The notes: generated from the letters alone by a model not told the origin. DNA of 64,000 nucleotides from Candidatus Bathyarchaeota archaeon (GCA_963832745.1 CAWHVC010000005.1:384001-448000); one strand, 5' to 3'; positions 17,791 to 26,401 are shown, counted from the stretch's first letter. Made by a program: numbers and translations.

Positions 17791-18612
17791 CTATTTTGAA
17801 GATCTACGGTGTTTGCGTGTAAAAAAGAGGAGCAAACCTCCAGCGGCACAGACAAGTACAGTGGCAGTTATCGCTGTTACACAGGTTTCTGGGTCGATAT
17901 TTGTTACTGCCTCGTTTTTTGTTTCAAAAATTACAGTTTGATTTTTTACAGCGTTACCGTCAGTGTTGTTGGCATAGATTGTTAAAGTGTGTAAACCATT
18001 GGGCAGTTCAGGTAAAGTCAAGTTTCCATTCACTGTCATGTTTGCTTGGTTATCTATACTGTAACCAACCCAGTTGGCGTGGTTAGTCAAACTGTAGGAT
18101 AAAGGAACAGATTTTGTTGTGTAAGTTGTGTTTAAAGGCGAAATTAATAGGAGGTCAAAGGATTCAGCGGCAATCGAAGATTCAGAGGGTGTTGTTTCAT
18201 TAACGAAAACCCAGATGCCTCCTGGATTAAAAACGTTATATACAGTATCGCCTGAGGAATCTGTGATTTTAATAGAAATGCTGTAGGTTCCAGCTTTTGA
18301 GAAACTGAAGTTAAAAATGGGTTCGGTAGCGTCTTTTACGGGCACTTCGCTGCCAAGAGGCTGGGTTGGATAAGGTGTGCCTGGCTTCCAAGTTGGCCAT
18401 AGTTGGGTGTACCATTGGTAAGTGTAGGGTGATAAGCCCCCGCTTGGTGTAGCAGTAAACGTGACTGGCTCATTTACAAGGGTTGTTTGGTAGCCGGGCG
18501 AAACACTGACAGTTAAAGAGTTTGCCCTAACAGAACCAGCCCCAGAAAAGACCAAAGAAAGCAGCAAAATAAAAATCAAAACCCAACATTTTTGCATTTG
18601 ACCACTAACCAA
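17791..18612 (-). CDS. Secreted/surface protein with PKD-like and Ig-like domains and a C-terminal TM anchor
   Basis: Signal peptide; VTFTATPSGGLSPYTYQW...AGTYSI (PKD-like); TM followed by RKHRR. Confidence 0.75.
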   Translation of the reverse strand: MVSGQMQKCWVLIFILLLSLVFSGAGSVRANSLTVSVSPGYQTTLVNEPVTFTATPSGGLSPYTYQWYTQLWPTWKPGTPYPTQPLGSEVPVKDATEPIFNFSFSKAGTYSISIKITDSSGDTVYNVFNPGGIWVFVNETTPSESSIAAESFDLLLISPLNTTYTTKSVPLSYSLTNHANWVGYSIDNQANMTVNGNLTLPELPNGLHTLTIYANNTDGNAVKNQTVIFETKNEAVTNIDPETCVTAITATVLVCAAGGLLLFFTRKHRRSSK

Positions 18613-18710
18613 AAGCTAAATAGTTCAAATATTTAATTTTTTTTCAAAAAAGCTAATTCAGTTAATAAAAACTAAATTTACCAGATTTTGGAAAAAATTA
18701 GTTAACACCT

Positions 18711-18760
18711 TTTTTGGCTTTAGTTGACTTATATTGACTCCAGTTGACTTTATTTGACGT
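18711..18760. repeat. Tandem 10-bp repeat with invariant TTGAC core (4 copies plus 1 degenerate)
   Basis: tttTTGGCtt tagTTGACtt ataTTGACtc cagTTGACtt tatTTGACgt. Confidence 0.8.
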
Positions 18761-18878
18761 GGTCTGCTACCGTTATAAACGCTAATTTAAAAAAGCAGCC
18801 CAAAACAAACGCTAAAAAAACCAGCGGAAAAACATAAAAGAGCAAAAATCCGAAGCCCTCTGGAGACAAACATTTTGG

Positions 18879-19160
18879 TTACGCTAAGATGGCTAGTTTT
18901 TGTAGAATTATTATTATTGAGAATATGAAGGTTGCATAGGTGCCTGTGGTTAACCATTCGATGCCTTTCTTGTATGAAAATGTTAGGATGGCAAATGCTA
19001 CGGTGTATTCGATTATGCCGGCGTAGTCGATGGGGTAAAGGATGCAGTTGAATAGGGCTGGCAGGTAATGGTTGGCGGTGTAATCCATTGTGGTGTCAAA
19101 GAGGAAAAAGCAGCCGATAACAACGGCGATTAGTAGTAAACGTTTAGCGCCTTTAGCCAC
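18879..19160 (-). CDS. Small hypothetical membrane protein
   Basis: Three hydrophobic segments; GGAGAGGGGG purine run upstream of the GTG start. Confidence 0.55.
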   Translation of the reverse strand: MAKGAKRLLLIAVVIGCFFLFDTTMDYTANHYLPALFNCILYPIDYAGIIEYTVAFAILTFSYKKGIEWLTTGTYATFIFSIIIILQKLAILA

Positions 19161-19348
19161 ATGTTCCCCCTCTCCACGCCGCTAATGTTGCATCATATTT
19201 AATGCTACCTTAAAAAAACGCTGCCAAAAAATTAGCAGAAGCAGACCAGTTTCACAAACGGCACCAGCAAAAGCCAACCCTGAACTGAACAGGTTACAGA
19301 AACAGCAAACAACAATTTTTCAATGACAACGCAAGCGAGCAATGACAG

Positions 19349-20724
19349 CTACTCCACGCATAGAACGGCACTCCTAGAAAAGTTTTGACTATGTTTATGC
19401 TTCTTATAGACAAATAAGCCTAAAACAGCAAGTCCAACGGATACTCCAAAAAAGCCTAAAACAAAGCTGATTGAAAAAGCCTCTGGTGCTTCAACCTTAA
19501 AGTTGATTGTTTCAGAAAAGTCGTTTCCAAACTCGTCTTTTGCGTTTATTATTAACGTGTGGTTTCCATTGGTTAATCCTGTTAGCGTTATGTTTCCTGT
19601 GATGGTAACATTTTCTTTTCCGTCTAGACTATAACTTATCCGTGATGCTAACTTATCAGCGGCAAACGTTAAAGGAACATTGCATTCATTGTAAGTTTTA
19701 TTTTGAGGAGAAACAACAGGACAAACATTGACGTATCCAACGGGAATGTATTGTTCAGTTACTGCGCTAGCGTGCATGTCAACAAAGTAGCCCCATGAAC
19801 CAGAACGACCGCCCACAACAAAAAAAGTATCAGCTACAACCGTGACACCAGTACAATAACGAATTGTAGGCATAGAAGCGCCAGTAGCCCAACTGTCAAT
19901 GTTGGGGTCATAAATGTTTGTCACGTTATCCATAAAGAAGTAAATCCGCGAGGGCGCCATAACTCCTGATGTAACGCCTCCAGCACCATACAAGTCAAAG
20001 GATGAAGGACGAGAGCTCACTGTACTCCAACTATCAGTTACAGTATCATAGACTTGGATGTCACTTTGCATCGAAGAATTTTGTAGTCCACCTTCAAAGA
20101 ATATTTTGTTTCCAATAACGGCAGAAGTAAAACCGGTGACTTGGTATGGTGGAGGAGTTTTTGAAGCCCAAGAGTCAGTTTCCGGGTCATAAACCTCAAA
20201 CGTATCGGTGCTGAGTAATGGTAAAACGTAGATTTTACTGTTCACAACATTTGCAGTCAGTAAAGATTGGGCGGAAGGTAAAGAAGACATTAGTCTCCCA
20301 ACTGTTGGTAGCAGGGTCATAAACTTCATTCACGTTAGTGTCAGAATAATCCTTTGTCCAACCGCCAATGCAATAAATTTTGCCTTCATAAACGGCTACG
20401 CCTAAGCCTGCTCTAGGTGTCGGCATTGATTCTTTCAATGTCCACGTGTCATCAATTGGATTGTACTCCTCGTTGGTGCCCACAACGTGTACTGGTTTTT
20501 CCTGTTGCGGTACCAGCGTTACCCATATAACCACCGCTGTCGCCTCCGATAGCGTATATTTTTTCGTTAACCACTGCAACACTCAAGTAAGCTCTTGCCT
20601 GGTGCATGGATGCTTTAGAGACCCAAGTGTTTTCAGCTAAATTGTCTGAGAAGACTGGTTTTACAAAAAGAAACGAGGCAAACAGAACAAATAAAACAAG
20701 CAAAAAAGCAGTTAGTTTACTCAT
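19349..20724 (-). pseudogene. Kelch-repeat surface protein with Ig stalk and TM anchor, split by two +1 frameshifts (decay or sequencing error)
   Basis: Three overlapping ORFs continue the same Kelch repeats (KIYAIGG, NEEYNP..DTW, KIYCIGG, EVYDP..NSW); shifts near 20495 and 20292. Confidence 0.8.
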
Positions 20725-21164
20725 GCTTATCACAAATAGCGGTAAAACATTTTTTGTTTTAAACTTTTTTGTCAAGAAACAAGAAACATATACTAAAAAG
20801 GCAAATCTTAGTCAACAAATCTTTAGTTCAAGCTTCACTACTCACCGACCACCATAAAATGCCATCAACCTCAAACGTCAGGCAGGTTCTCTAAATATTG
20901 TTCCCGTTGCCATAAACAGCTTGGCAAGGTACATAGCATAACAGGTAACAAAAAAAGAATTGCTAAAAATACACCTAACCCGAATAACCAATAAAGATAA
21001 CACACTCTAAAACTGCTTGCAAACCCAGCCACAACCAACCAGCAACCCACCACACAAACAAAACACAAAAAACAACCAGCCCCACAACCCGTTAGTTGTT
21101 GTTGTGCTAAGAAACACAGCGGCAACAACATCTAAACAAAAAACAAAAAATAAAAACCAAACTT

Positions 21165-21294
21165 GGAAGCGTTCCCGGGGTTGTCCCATTGTTGGGGTTT
21201 GTGGGGCTTGGAGATAGTTTGAGGGGGGAGAAGGGAGAGCGTGCAAAAATAATATTGTTCTCCAAACCTTTCCACCAACCCGGGGGTTGCTTCC
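21165..21294 (+). repeat. 130-nt element with imperfect terminal inverted repeats and nested stems (MITE-like or structured RNA)
   Basis: GGAAGCGTTCCCGGGGTTG pairs with CAACCCGGGGGTTGCTTCC; inner GGCTTGGAGA pairs with TCTCCAAACC. Confidence 0.5.
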
Positions 21295-21337
21295 TGTCTT
21301 GCCTTTTGCCTTGTTTTTTAGTTTGCCTCCTTTTTGG

Positions 21338-22519
21338 TCAGAGGGCTTTGAAAGCCTCAAACCACCTATTGTACTGCGAGAGCATGTCTAAGCTGACGCT
21401 TGGTTTACGTTCTTCAAGGATTTGTCTGAAATCCGCCATTGTTAAGGGCCGAGGTTTTGCTTCCTTGTCAGTTGCTTTACCTGACTCAAAGAACTCGCCG
21501 ATTAAGCTGAGCTGTGCTGATTGGCAAACGTCACGGATATCGCTTCCAGAGAAGCCTTCTGCAAGACGCGCCAGTTCAGGCAAGTCTACGTCGGCGCCGA
21601 TTGTAAGGTTGCTTGAGTAATGCTTCATCATGTTAAACCGTGTTGAATTATCCGGCAACGGTACCAAGATACGCTTCTGGAAACGTCTGATGAAAGCCCA
21701 ATCGAGGTCCCAAGGCTTGTTGGTGGCGCCGATTACGTAGACGTGGAGGTTTTTGCCTTTGTCAGTAATTCCATCCATTTCTTTAAGAAACTGGTTTTTA
21801 ACGCGAATTTCACCGCCAACCTCGTTTGAATGAGTACCCATGAGAGAATCTAATTCGTCAACAAACACGATTGCCGCTTTACCTTCAGTAGCGACTTTAC
21901 GTGCACAACCAAACAGTTTAGCAACATTCTGCTCAGCTTCACCAAGCCATTTAGACATGATTGAGGCGGCATCGATGCTGTAGAAGTTGGCGTCAATTTC
22001 TGTTGCAACCGCAGCTGCCAGCAATGTTTTACCGCAACCTGGGGGACCAAAGAGCAGAATGCCTCGAGGCCAACCAAGCGGGAACAAGTCAGGCCGCTGC
22101 ACGGGGTAAACTATAGCTTCTTTAACAGCCTTCTTAGCGATATCTAAACCTACGACTTCAGCCCAGCTAACCATCGGTCGCTCAGTAACAATGATTTCTT
22201 CATTGTTTGTTTTTCCTGTTCCATCATTCTCCATTGTTGCCGCTCCTCCTCCTGCAGCGTCATTGTTTGCTTCAGCACGCATTTCAGATGAAGAAACTAC
22301 TCCTTGCAATGCTTTGATACGTTCCTGATACGCGATTGCGCGTTGAACGTAAACCTTGTTTAAACCGTATTCTGGGTATAATTGTACAAGTTGCAACAGG
22401 CTTTCTATTGCTTTTTGGTAAAGGGTAATAGCTCTTCCTTTTTGCCCTTGTTTATCCATACGAACAGCATCCAGCGCGTAAGCTGTTGCTGCTTTTTCAA
22501 GTTCATGTGAAGCACTCAT
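21338..22519 (-). CDS. cdvC: Vps4-like AAA+ ATPase with MIT domain
   Basis: MIT helices (AVRMDKQG...AITLYQKAIE), GPPGCGKT, SKWLGEAE pore loop, VFVDE, ATNKPWDLD, RRFQKR. Confidence 0.93.
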   Translation of the reverse strand: MSASHELEKAATAYALDAVRMDKQGQKGRAITLYQKAIESLLQLVQLYPEYGLNKVYVQRAIAYQERIKALQGVVSSSEMRAEANNDAAGGGAATMENDGTGKTNNEEIIVTERPMVSWAEVVGLDIAKKAVKEAIVYPVQRPDLFPLGWPRGILLFGPPGCGKTLLAAAVATEIDANFYSIDAASIMSKWLGEAEQNVAKLFGCARKVATEGKAAIVFVDELDSLMGTHSNEVGGEIRVKNQFLKEMDGITDKGKNLHVYVIGATNKPWDLDWAFIRRFQKRILVPLPDNSTRFNMMKHYSSNLTIGADVDLPELARLAEGFSGSDIRDVCQSAQLSLIGEFFESGKATDKEAKPRPLTMADFRQILEERKPSVSLDMLSQYNRWFEAFKAL

Positions 22520-22538
22520 TTGTCTTGTTCTTCTCCCC

Positions 22539-23459
22539 TTATTCTGGCGATTTTAATTCTAATTTTATTTTACCCTGAGTCCCAAGATTTTCAAGGGCAC
22601 GTTCAATTTCCCGGTTAGACGTTTTAAGCTCACTTGAACAACGTGACAGATCGATTTCTCCGTTGCATTTACGCACGTATTCAAGAAGCACTTCTTCAAG
22701 TGTCTGCTGCTTGGAAACTGGCTGCTTAACTTCCATAGTGATTTCTTTAACTTCAGACTTTTTATACGAAATCAGAGTCTTTGAAACATCAAACCCTGAC
22801 TCCTTAACCTCTGTCTTGCCAAAAATTTCAGAGGTAGTTGCCGACAAAGCAACAAGCTCCTTAATTGGAGTCTTCGGAGTTTTAACCGTCTTAACAGTAG
22901 AAGTTACTGGCGGTTCAGGCAAGTCTTGAGCAATCTTTCGCTCGATGAAACTAGAGACTTCTTTAAGAATTTCTTCGCCGCCTTCAGTCTTTTGACCAAC
23001 TGGAATCATGGTCTCATCATTCCGTAATTTTGTGGCGTGAAGAGTCTCCTGAATTGTATCGTTAACAGTGTTTAATTCAGAACTAACGTCTGGTAATACT
23101 TGGAATAAATCTGATGAAACGTTTTGAAGCAACTTTAAAGCTGGCTTCAAATCAACCACTATATCACTTAATTCACGAATAGTTTCAAGCCGAAGAATAA
23201 CACGTTCTATAGCTAACTGCACGCTATAAAGGAACTTTACCAAGCGGCGCACTTCGGCAAGTTCAGTGGCGCATATCGCGGCTTTTTCTTTATTATTCTT
23301 TTTTAATGCACCCATACAGGTTTCAAAAAGGATGCGGTCACGTTCTTTTAAGCGGTAACTGGCCTGATCCAGTTTGCTTTGTTGAATTCGAAGAGTAGAA
23401 ATAGATTTTGTAGCGACATCACGGATGGGAGGAGGATTTTTGTTTGTTCCAAAGTCCAT
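22539..23459 (-). CDS. cdvB: ESCRT-III (Snf7-family) protein with MIM2-like motif and C-terminal winged helix
   Basis: AAICATELAEVRR...QLAIERVILRLET core, LPEPP, terminal wH (EIERALENLGTQGKI); ATG 23459 follows GGAGG. Confidence 0.88.
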   Translation of the reverse strand: MDFGTNKNPPPIRDVATKSISTLRIQQSKLDQASYRLKERDRILFETCMGALKKNNKEKAAICATELAEVRRLVKFLYSVQLAIERVILRLETIRELSDIVVDLKPALKLLQNVSSDLFQVLPDVSSELNTVNDTIQETLHATKLRNDETMIPVGQKTEGGEEILKEVSSFIERKIAQDLPEPPVTSTVKTVKTPKTPIKELVALSATTSEIFGKTEVKESGFDVSKTLISYKKSEVKEITMEVKQPVSKQQTLEEVLLEYVRKCNGEIDLSRCSSELKTSNREIERALENLGTQGKIKLELKSPE

Positions 23460-23504
23460 TTTTTCCTTTCCCTCCATGTTTATGATGTCAATTCATGTTT
23501 TTGT

Positions 23505-24266
23505 TTAAAGTCCGGCTTTGCCGATTTCTTTCACGTAGACGACAACTGGTGGCTCTGGCAAATCAGCAGCGGGAGAGCTTACGTTAGTTGTTGTAGTTGT
23601 AATTGGCTTTTGTGTTGTTGTTACTTGTTCAGCGTAAATCTTGTTTGGTTTTGGCATCTGGGTTGATGGGTCACCGATTAGGATGCTTGAAACTTTGCTT
23701 TTTATGAGTTCGTAATCTGTTCTTTCTGTGGAAGCACGCTTTAAACTGTCTTGCAAAAGGCTAAATGCTGTCTGGTAGGTTGGTTCATCTACTTGACCGA
23801 TTTCGTGTTCAAGTTCAAGGTTAGCTATGGCATAGCTTAATGATTTTATTTCTTCCTCACACCGGGCTATTTCTACTGCTGACTCGTCAATTATTACTTG
23901 ACCGTCCTTTTTGAGTTGGTTCAAAACGCCTTCGAAGCTGCTGTGTAATTCCTGAAACAGTTCAGGAGCAATTTTGCGTTTATCATTTAGATCTTTTACT
24001 GCTTGGTCTTTTCTCCAAAGCAACGGGATTTGGTCACACAGCATGTTTGCTTGGGACTTAATTTTTGAGACAAAGGTTACTTCTGACCCATTGAATCTCA
24101 AGTTTTCCATGGGTTGTTTTGAGAATTGCCCGTCTGCAAACTCGACGAATACAGCATCAAATTTTCCATTTGGAGCTAATGCGAATGAGGCTACTTTACC
24201 GATAATTTTCCCATACTCGTTTTTGATGGGTTTACCAAGAGAAAGAAAAAGATTGGAGTTAGACAT
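23505..24266 (-). CDS. cdvA: Cell division protein CdvA
   Basis: N-terminal PRC barrel (LGKPIKNEYGKIIGKV), coiled coil, LELEHEIGQVDE, C-terminal PVVVYV strand; sits between ESCRT-III genes. Confidence 0.85.
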   Translation of the reverse strand: MSNSNLFLSLGKPIKNEYGKIIGKVASFALAPNGKFDAVFVEFADGQFSKQPMENLRFNGSEVTFVSKIKSQANMLCDQIPLLWRKDQAVKDLNDKRKIAPELFQELHSSFEGVLNQLKKDGQVIIDESAVEIARCEEEIKSLSYAIANLELEHEIGQVDEPTYQTAFSLLQDSLKRASTERTDYELIKSKVSSILIGDPSTQMPKPNKIYAEQVTTTQKPITTTTTNVSSPAADLPEPPVVVYVKEIGKAGL

Positions 24267-24287
24267 TTTTGTTTAGCTCCTACCTTT

Positions 24288-24953
24288 TTAGTATCCTTCT
24301 GTGGTTCTTTCTGCTTGTGCAGGTGCTGTTGATGGCATTCCTGGCGGCAGATCTGGGAATTTGTCTTTAATCTTTTGTTCTGCAACGGTTGCGGCTTCTG
24401 TTAGAATCTTTGAGGCGTCTTCGTTAACTGAGTCAAAGTTGAGAGTCATTCCACTGCCTTGGCCTGCTTCAATCATGATTCCACTTAGCATGTTACCGAT
24501 TTCACCGAGTTCATTCTCAGCTTCTGGGAACACACTAACTAATCCACTTCGGACACTTCGCAGTACACCAACTGCTGGACCTAATGTGGAGACGACATCG
24601 CCTAATTCGGATACTGTTCTTAAACGTAATGTAATCTGTTCAAGCGCAAGTTTTGCGTTCATAATTAATTTTGACATTTTGCGTACTTCAGCGAGCTCGT
24701 TTGCAAAGACGTTTGCGCGTGCACTATCATGTTTTGTGTATGCATCAACGATTTTTGCGAATATTGCACGGTCTCTTTGTGCAAATCTTTCATTAGCTTG
24801 GTCAAGTTTTTGAACCTGGAGATCGATGCGGCGGGTTGCAAAATCCAACCTTGGTTTTAGTGGTCCTGGTGGTTTCACCGCGTCTTTTATTCTGTTTGTG
24901 AATGGCGCTTCCTCGCGTTTAGTTTCCCATTTCTTTGCGAATCTTTCTGACAA
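24288..24953 (-). CDS. ESCRT-III paralog (CdvB1/B2-like, no winged helix)
   Basis: ARANVFANELAEVRK...KLALEQITLRLRTV; EDASKILTEAA; FPDLPP; GGAGGT SD. Confidence 0.9.
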   Translation of the reverse strand: MSERFAKKWETKREEAPFTNRIKDAVKPPGPLKPRLDFATRRIDLQVQKLDQANERFAQRDRAIFAKIVDAYTKHDSARANVFANELAEVRKMSKLIMNAKLALEQITLRLRTVSELGDVVSTLGPAVGVLRSVRSGLVSVFPEAENELGEIGNMLSGIMIEAGQGSGMTLNFDSVNEDASKILTEAATVAEQKIKDKFPDLPPGMPSTAPAQAERTTEGY

Positions 24954-25024
24954 TTAATTTTACCTCCTAAATCACATTGAACTGCAGAAAACAGAGTTAT
25001 ACATTGTTAATATGACTACAATAT

Positions 25025-25052
25025 GCACGTATATACGTAGGTATATACATGC
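25025..25052. promoter_or_regulatory. Inverted-repeat operator candidate upstream of the cdv operon
   Basis: GCACGTATATAC-GTAG-GTATATACATGC (arms 11/12 complementary; two GTATATAC palindromes). Confidence 0.55.
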
Positions 25053-25182
25053 CATCAAAACGTCCATGAACCTTGACTTAATACGTTAAAGACCACATAC
25101 ATGCTTGCTAGCGTTTATACAGAAACATGTAAGTTACACTAAAAAGATGCAAAAACTATCCTAAAACAAACAGGTGAATTGT

Positions 25183-25407
25183 ATGAGCAGTAGAGTAAAA
25201 ATCTTCGGATTAATAGCCCTTTTAGGCTTCGTCGCAGGCATAATAGCACAAGTCGCTGCAACTTACTTTGTTCCATGGCTAGTCTCAGTTCTACCCCTAC
25301 TTGGTGGACTCACAAACTTTTTGGTTTCAGGTGTTGCAGGCGCAGTCTTAACAGTTGCAATCATAAGCGTTTGGGCTTACATGACCGGAAACAAAGACAG
25401 TTACTAA
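25183..25407 (+). CDS. Small membrane protein divergent from the cdv operon
   Basis: AGGTGA SD before ATG 25183; Gly/Ala-rich hydrophobic helices. Confidence 0.7.
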   Translation: MSSRVKIFGLIALLGFVAGIIAQVAATYFVPWLVSVLPLLGGLTNFLVSGVAGAVLTVAIISVWAYMTGNKDSY

Positions 25408-25607
25408 ACTGTTTTTGTTCCGCCGGATTTTCTTTCAACCGTTTGTTTAAGACACTTTTTAAATTTAAAAGTAAAGTTTAATTTTTGATTTTGGACTCGG
25501 TAGCGGAAAAAGTATTCACAAGCCTACAGCATAATTTCCCCGCTTTCAGCTTCATCGTACCTCGATTTCCTCATCGTCCAACATGTAAGGAAATCGTCCA
25601 ACTTTTA

Positions 25608-25715
25608 TTAATTGCGCTTCCTAAACAGTTTACGCCCTTCAACTTTGGCAACATATTCAAAGCTAACACTGTAAACTCTGCTGCTTCACTAACCGTTTAA
25701 CCGCTTTTACAGTCC
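25608..25715 (-). pseudogene. Possible degenerate C-terminal remnant of an archaeal tyrosine recombinase/integrase
   Basis: Frameshifted pieces TVKAVK / TVSEAAEF / SFEYVAKVEGRKLFRKRN* resemble the KTVEEA...GFEYV...G.KLFRKRK tail I recall for such integrases. Confidence 0.35.
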
Positions 25716-25888
25716 TTGGATGACGCATTTTGCAATCTTTAATAGATTCAAAAGGTTTATTGAGCGCTTATAAGTTATAACGTAAAGACCACAGGCAAGC
25801 ATATTTAGGCAAATATTTAGTTAAATACTATATTAATCAAGCTAAAATTTTTAAATTACAAACTCATACTAGCTTTTTTGAGGGTTTT

Positions 25889-26401
25889 ATAACGATTTGG
25901 AAAAAAACTCTCTTATTATTTTCAGCGACTGCATTATTGTTTGTTTCAGGTGTTTGCGCGTCTGATGTCGATCAACAGTTTACTGTTGATTTGGGGTATT
26001 ACACATTGTATCACTTGCGGCTCGATGCTGGCAATTACGTCAATGGCACATTCTCGGTGTACCCCACAGGGCTTTACTTTTCAATAATAGATCCACAAGG
26101 AAACAAAATCCTTGATTATGGTTTAGTAAACAAAACATACACATTCGACTTCACAGCCAACCTTTCAGGAACTTATGAACTTAATTTTTCAAACCCTATT
26201 GACCTCAATCTTCCATCCTCAGCTATGCACTCACAGATCATAACGTTAAAAGTGGACACCCCGCAACCTGACCCCATCAGAATCAACTATGATGTTTTCA
26301 TCACTATAATTGGAGTAGTTGTGGCTGGAGGAGTTGTTGCTTATGCAGTAATTAGGAACCGCAAAAACTGGTCTAAAAATCGCCAAACCAAACAGCCTTA
26401 A
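25889..26401 (+). CDS. emp24/p24 GOLD-domain-like type I membrane protein
   Basis: FSIIDPQGNKI...FDFTANLSGTYELNFSN; C-terminal TM and basic tail; a full signal peptide needs a start upstream of TTG 25937 (in-frame ATA at 25889 after GAGGG). Confidence 0.6.
   Translation: MTIWKKTLLLFSATALLFVSGVCASDVDQQFTVDLGYYTLYHLRLDAGNYVNGTFSVYPTGLYFSIIDPQGNKILDYGLVNKTYTFDFTANLSGTYELNFSNPIDLNLPSSAMHSQIITLKVDTPQPDPIRINYDVFITIIGVVVAGGVVAYAVIRNRKNWSKNRQTKQP

Noticed and set aside
18711-18760. CRISPR array
   Set aside because: The unit is only 10 bp with no 30-40 bp spacers; no cas genes or CRISPR-like repeats were seen anywhere in the window
20871-21620. ORFs 20871-21131, 21007-21360, 21017-21217 and 21189-21620
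   Set aside because: They arise from low-complexity skewed sequence and the inverted-repeat element, or are antisense to cdvC; composition is not protein-like
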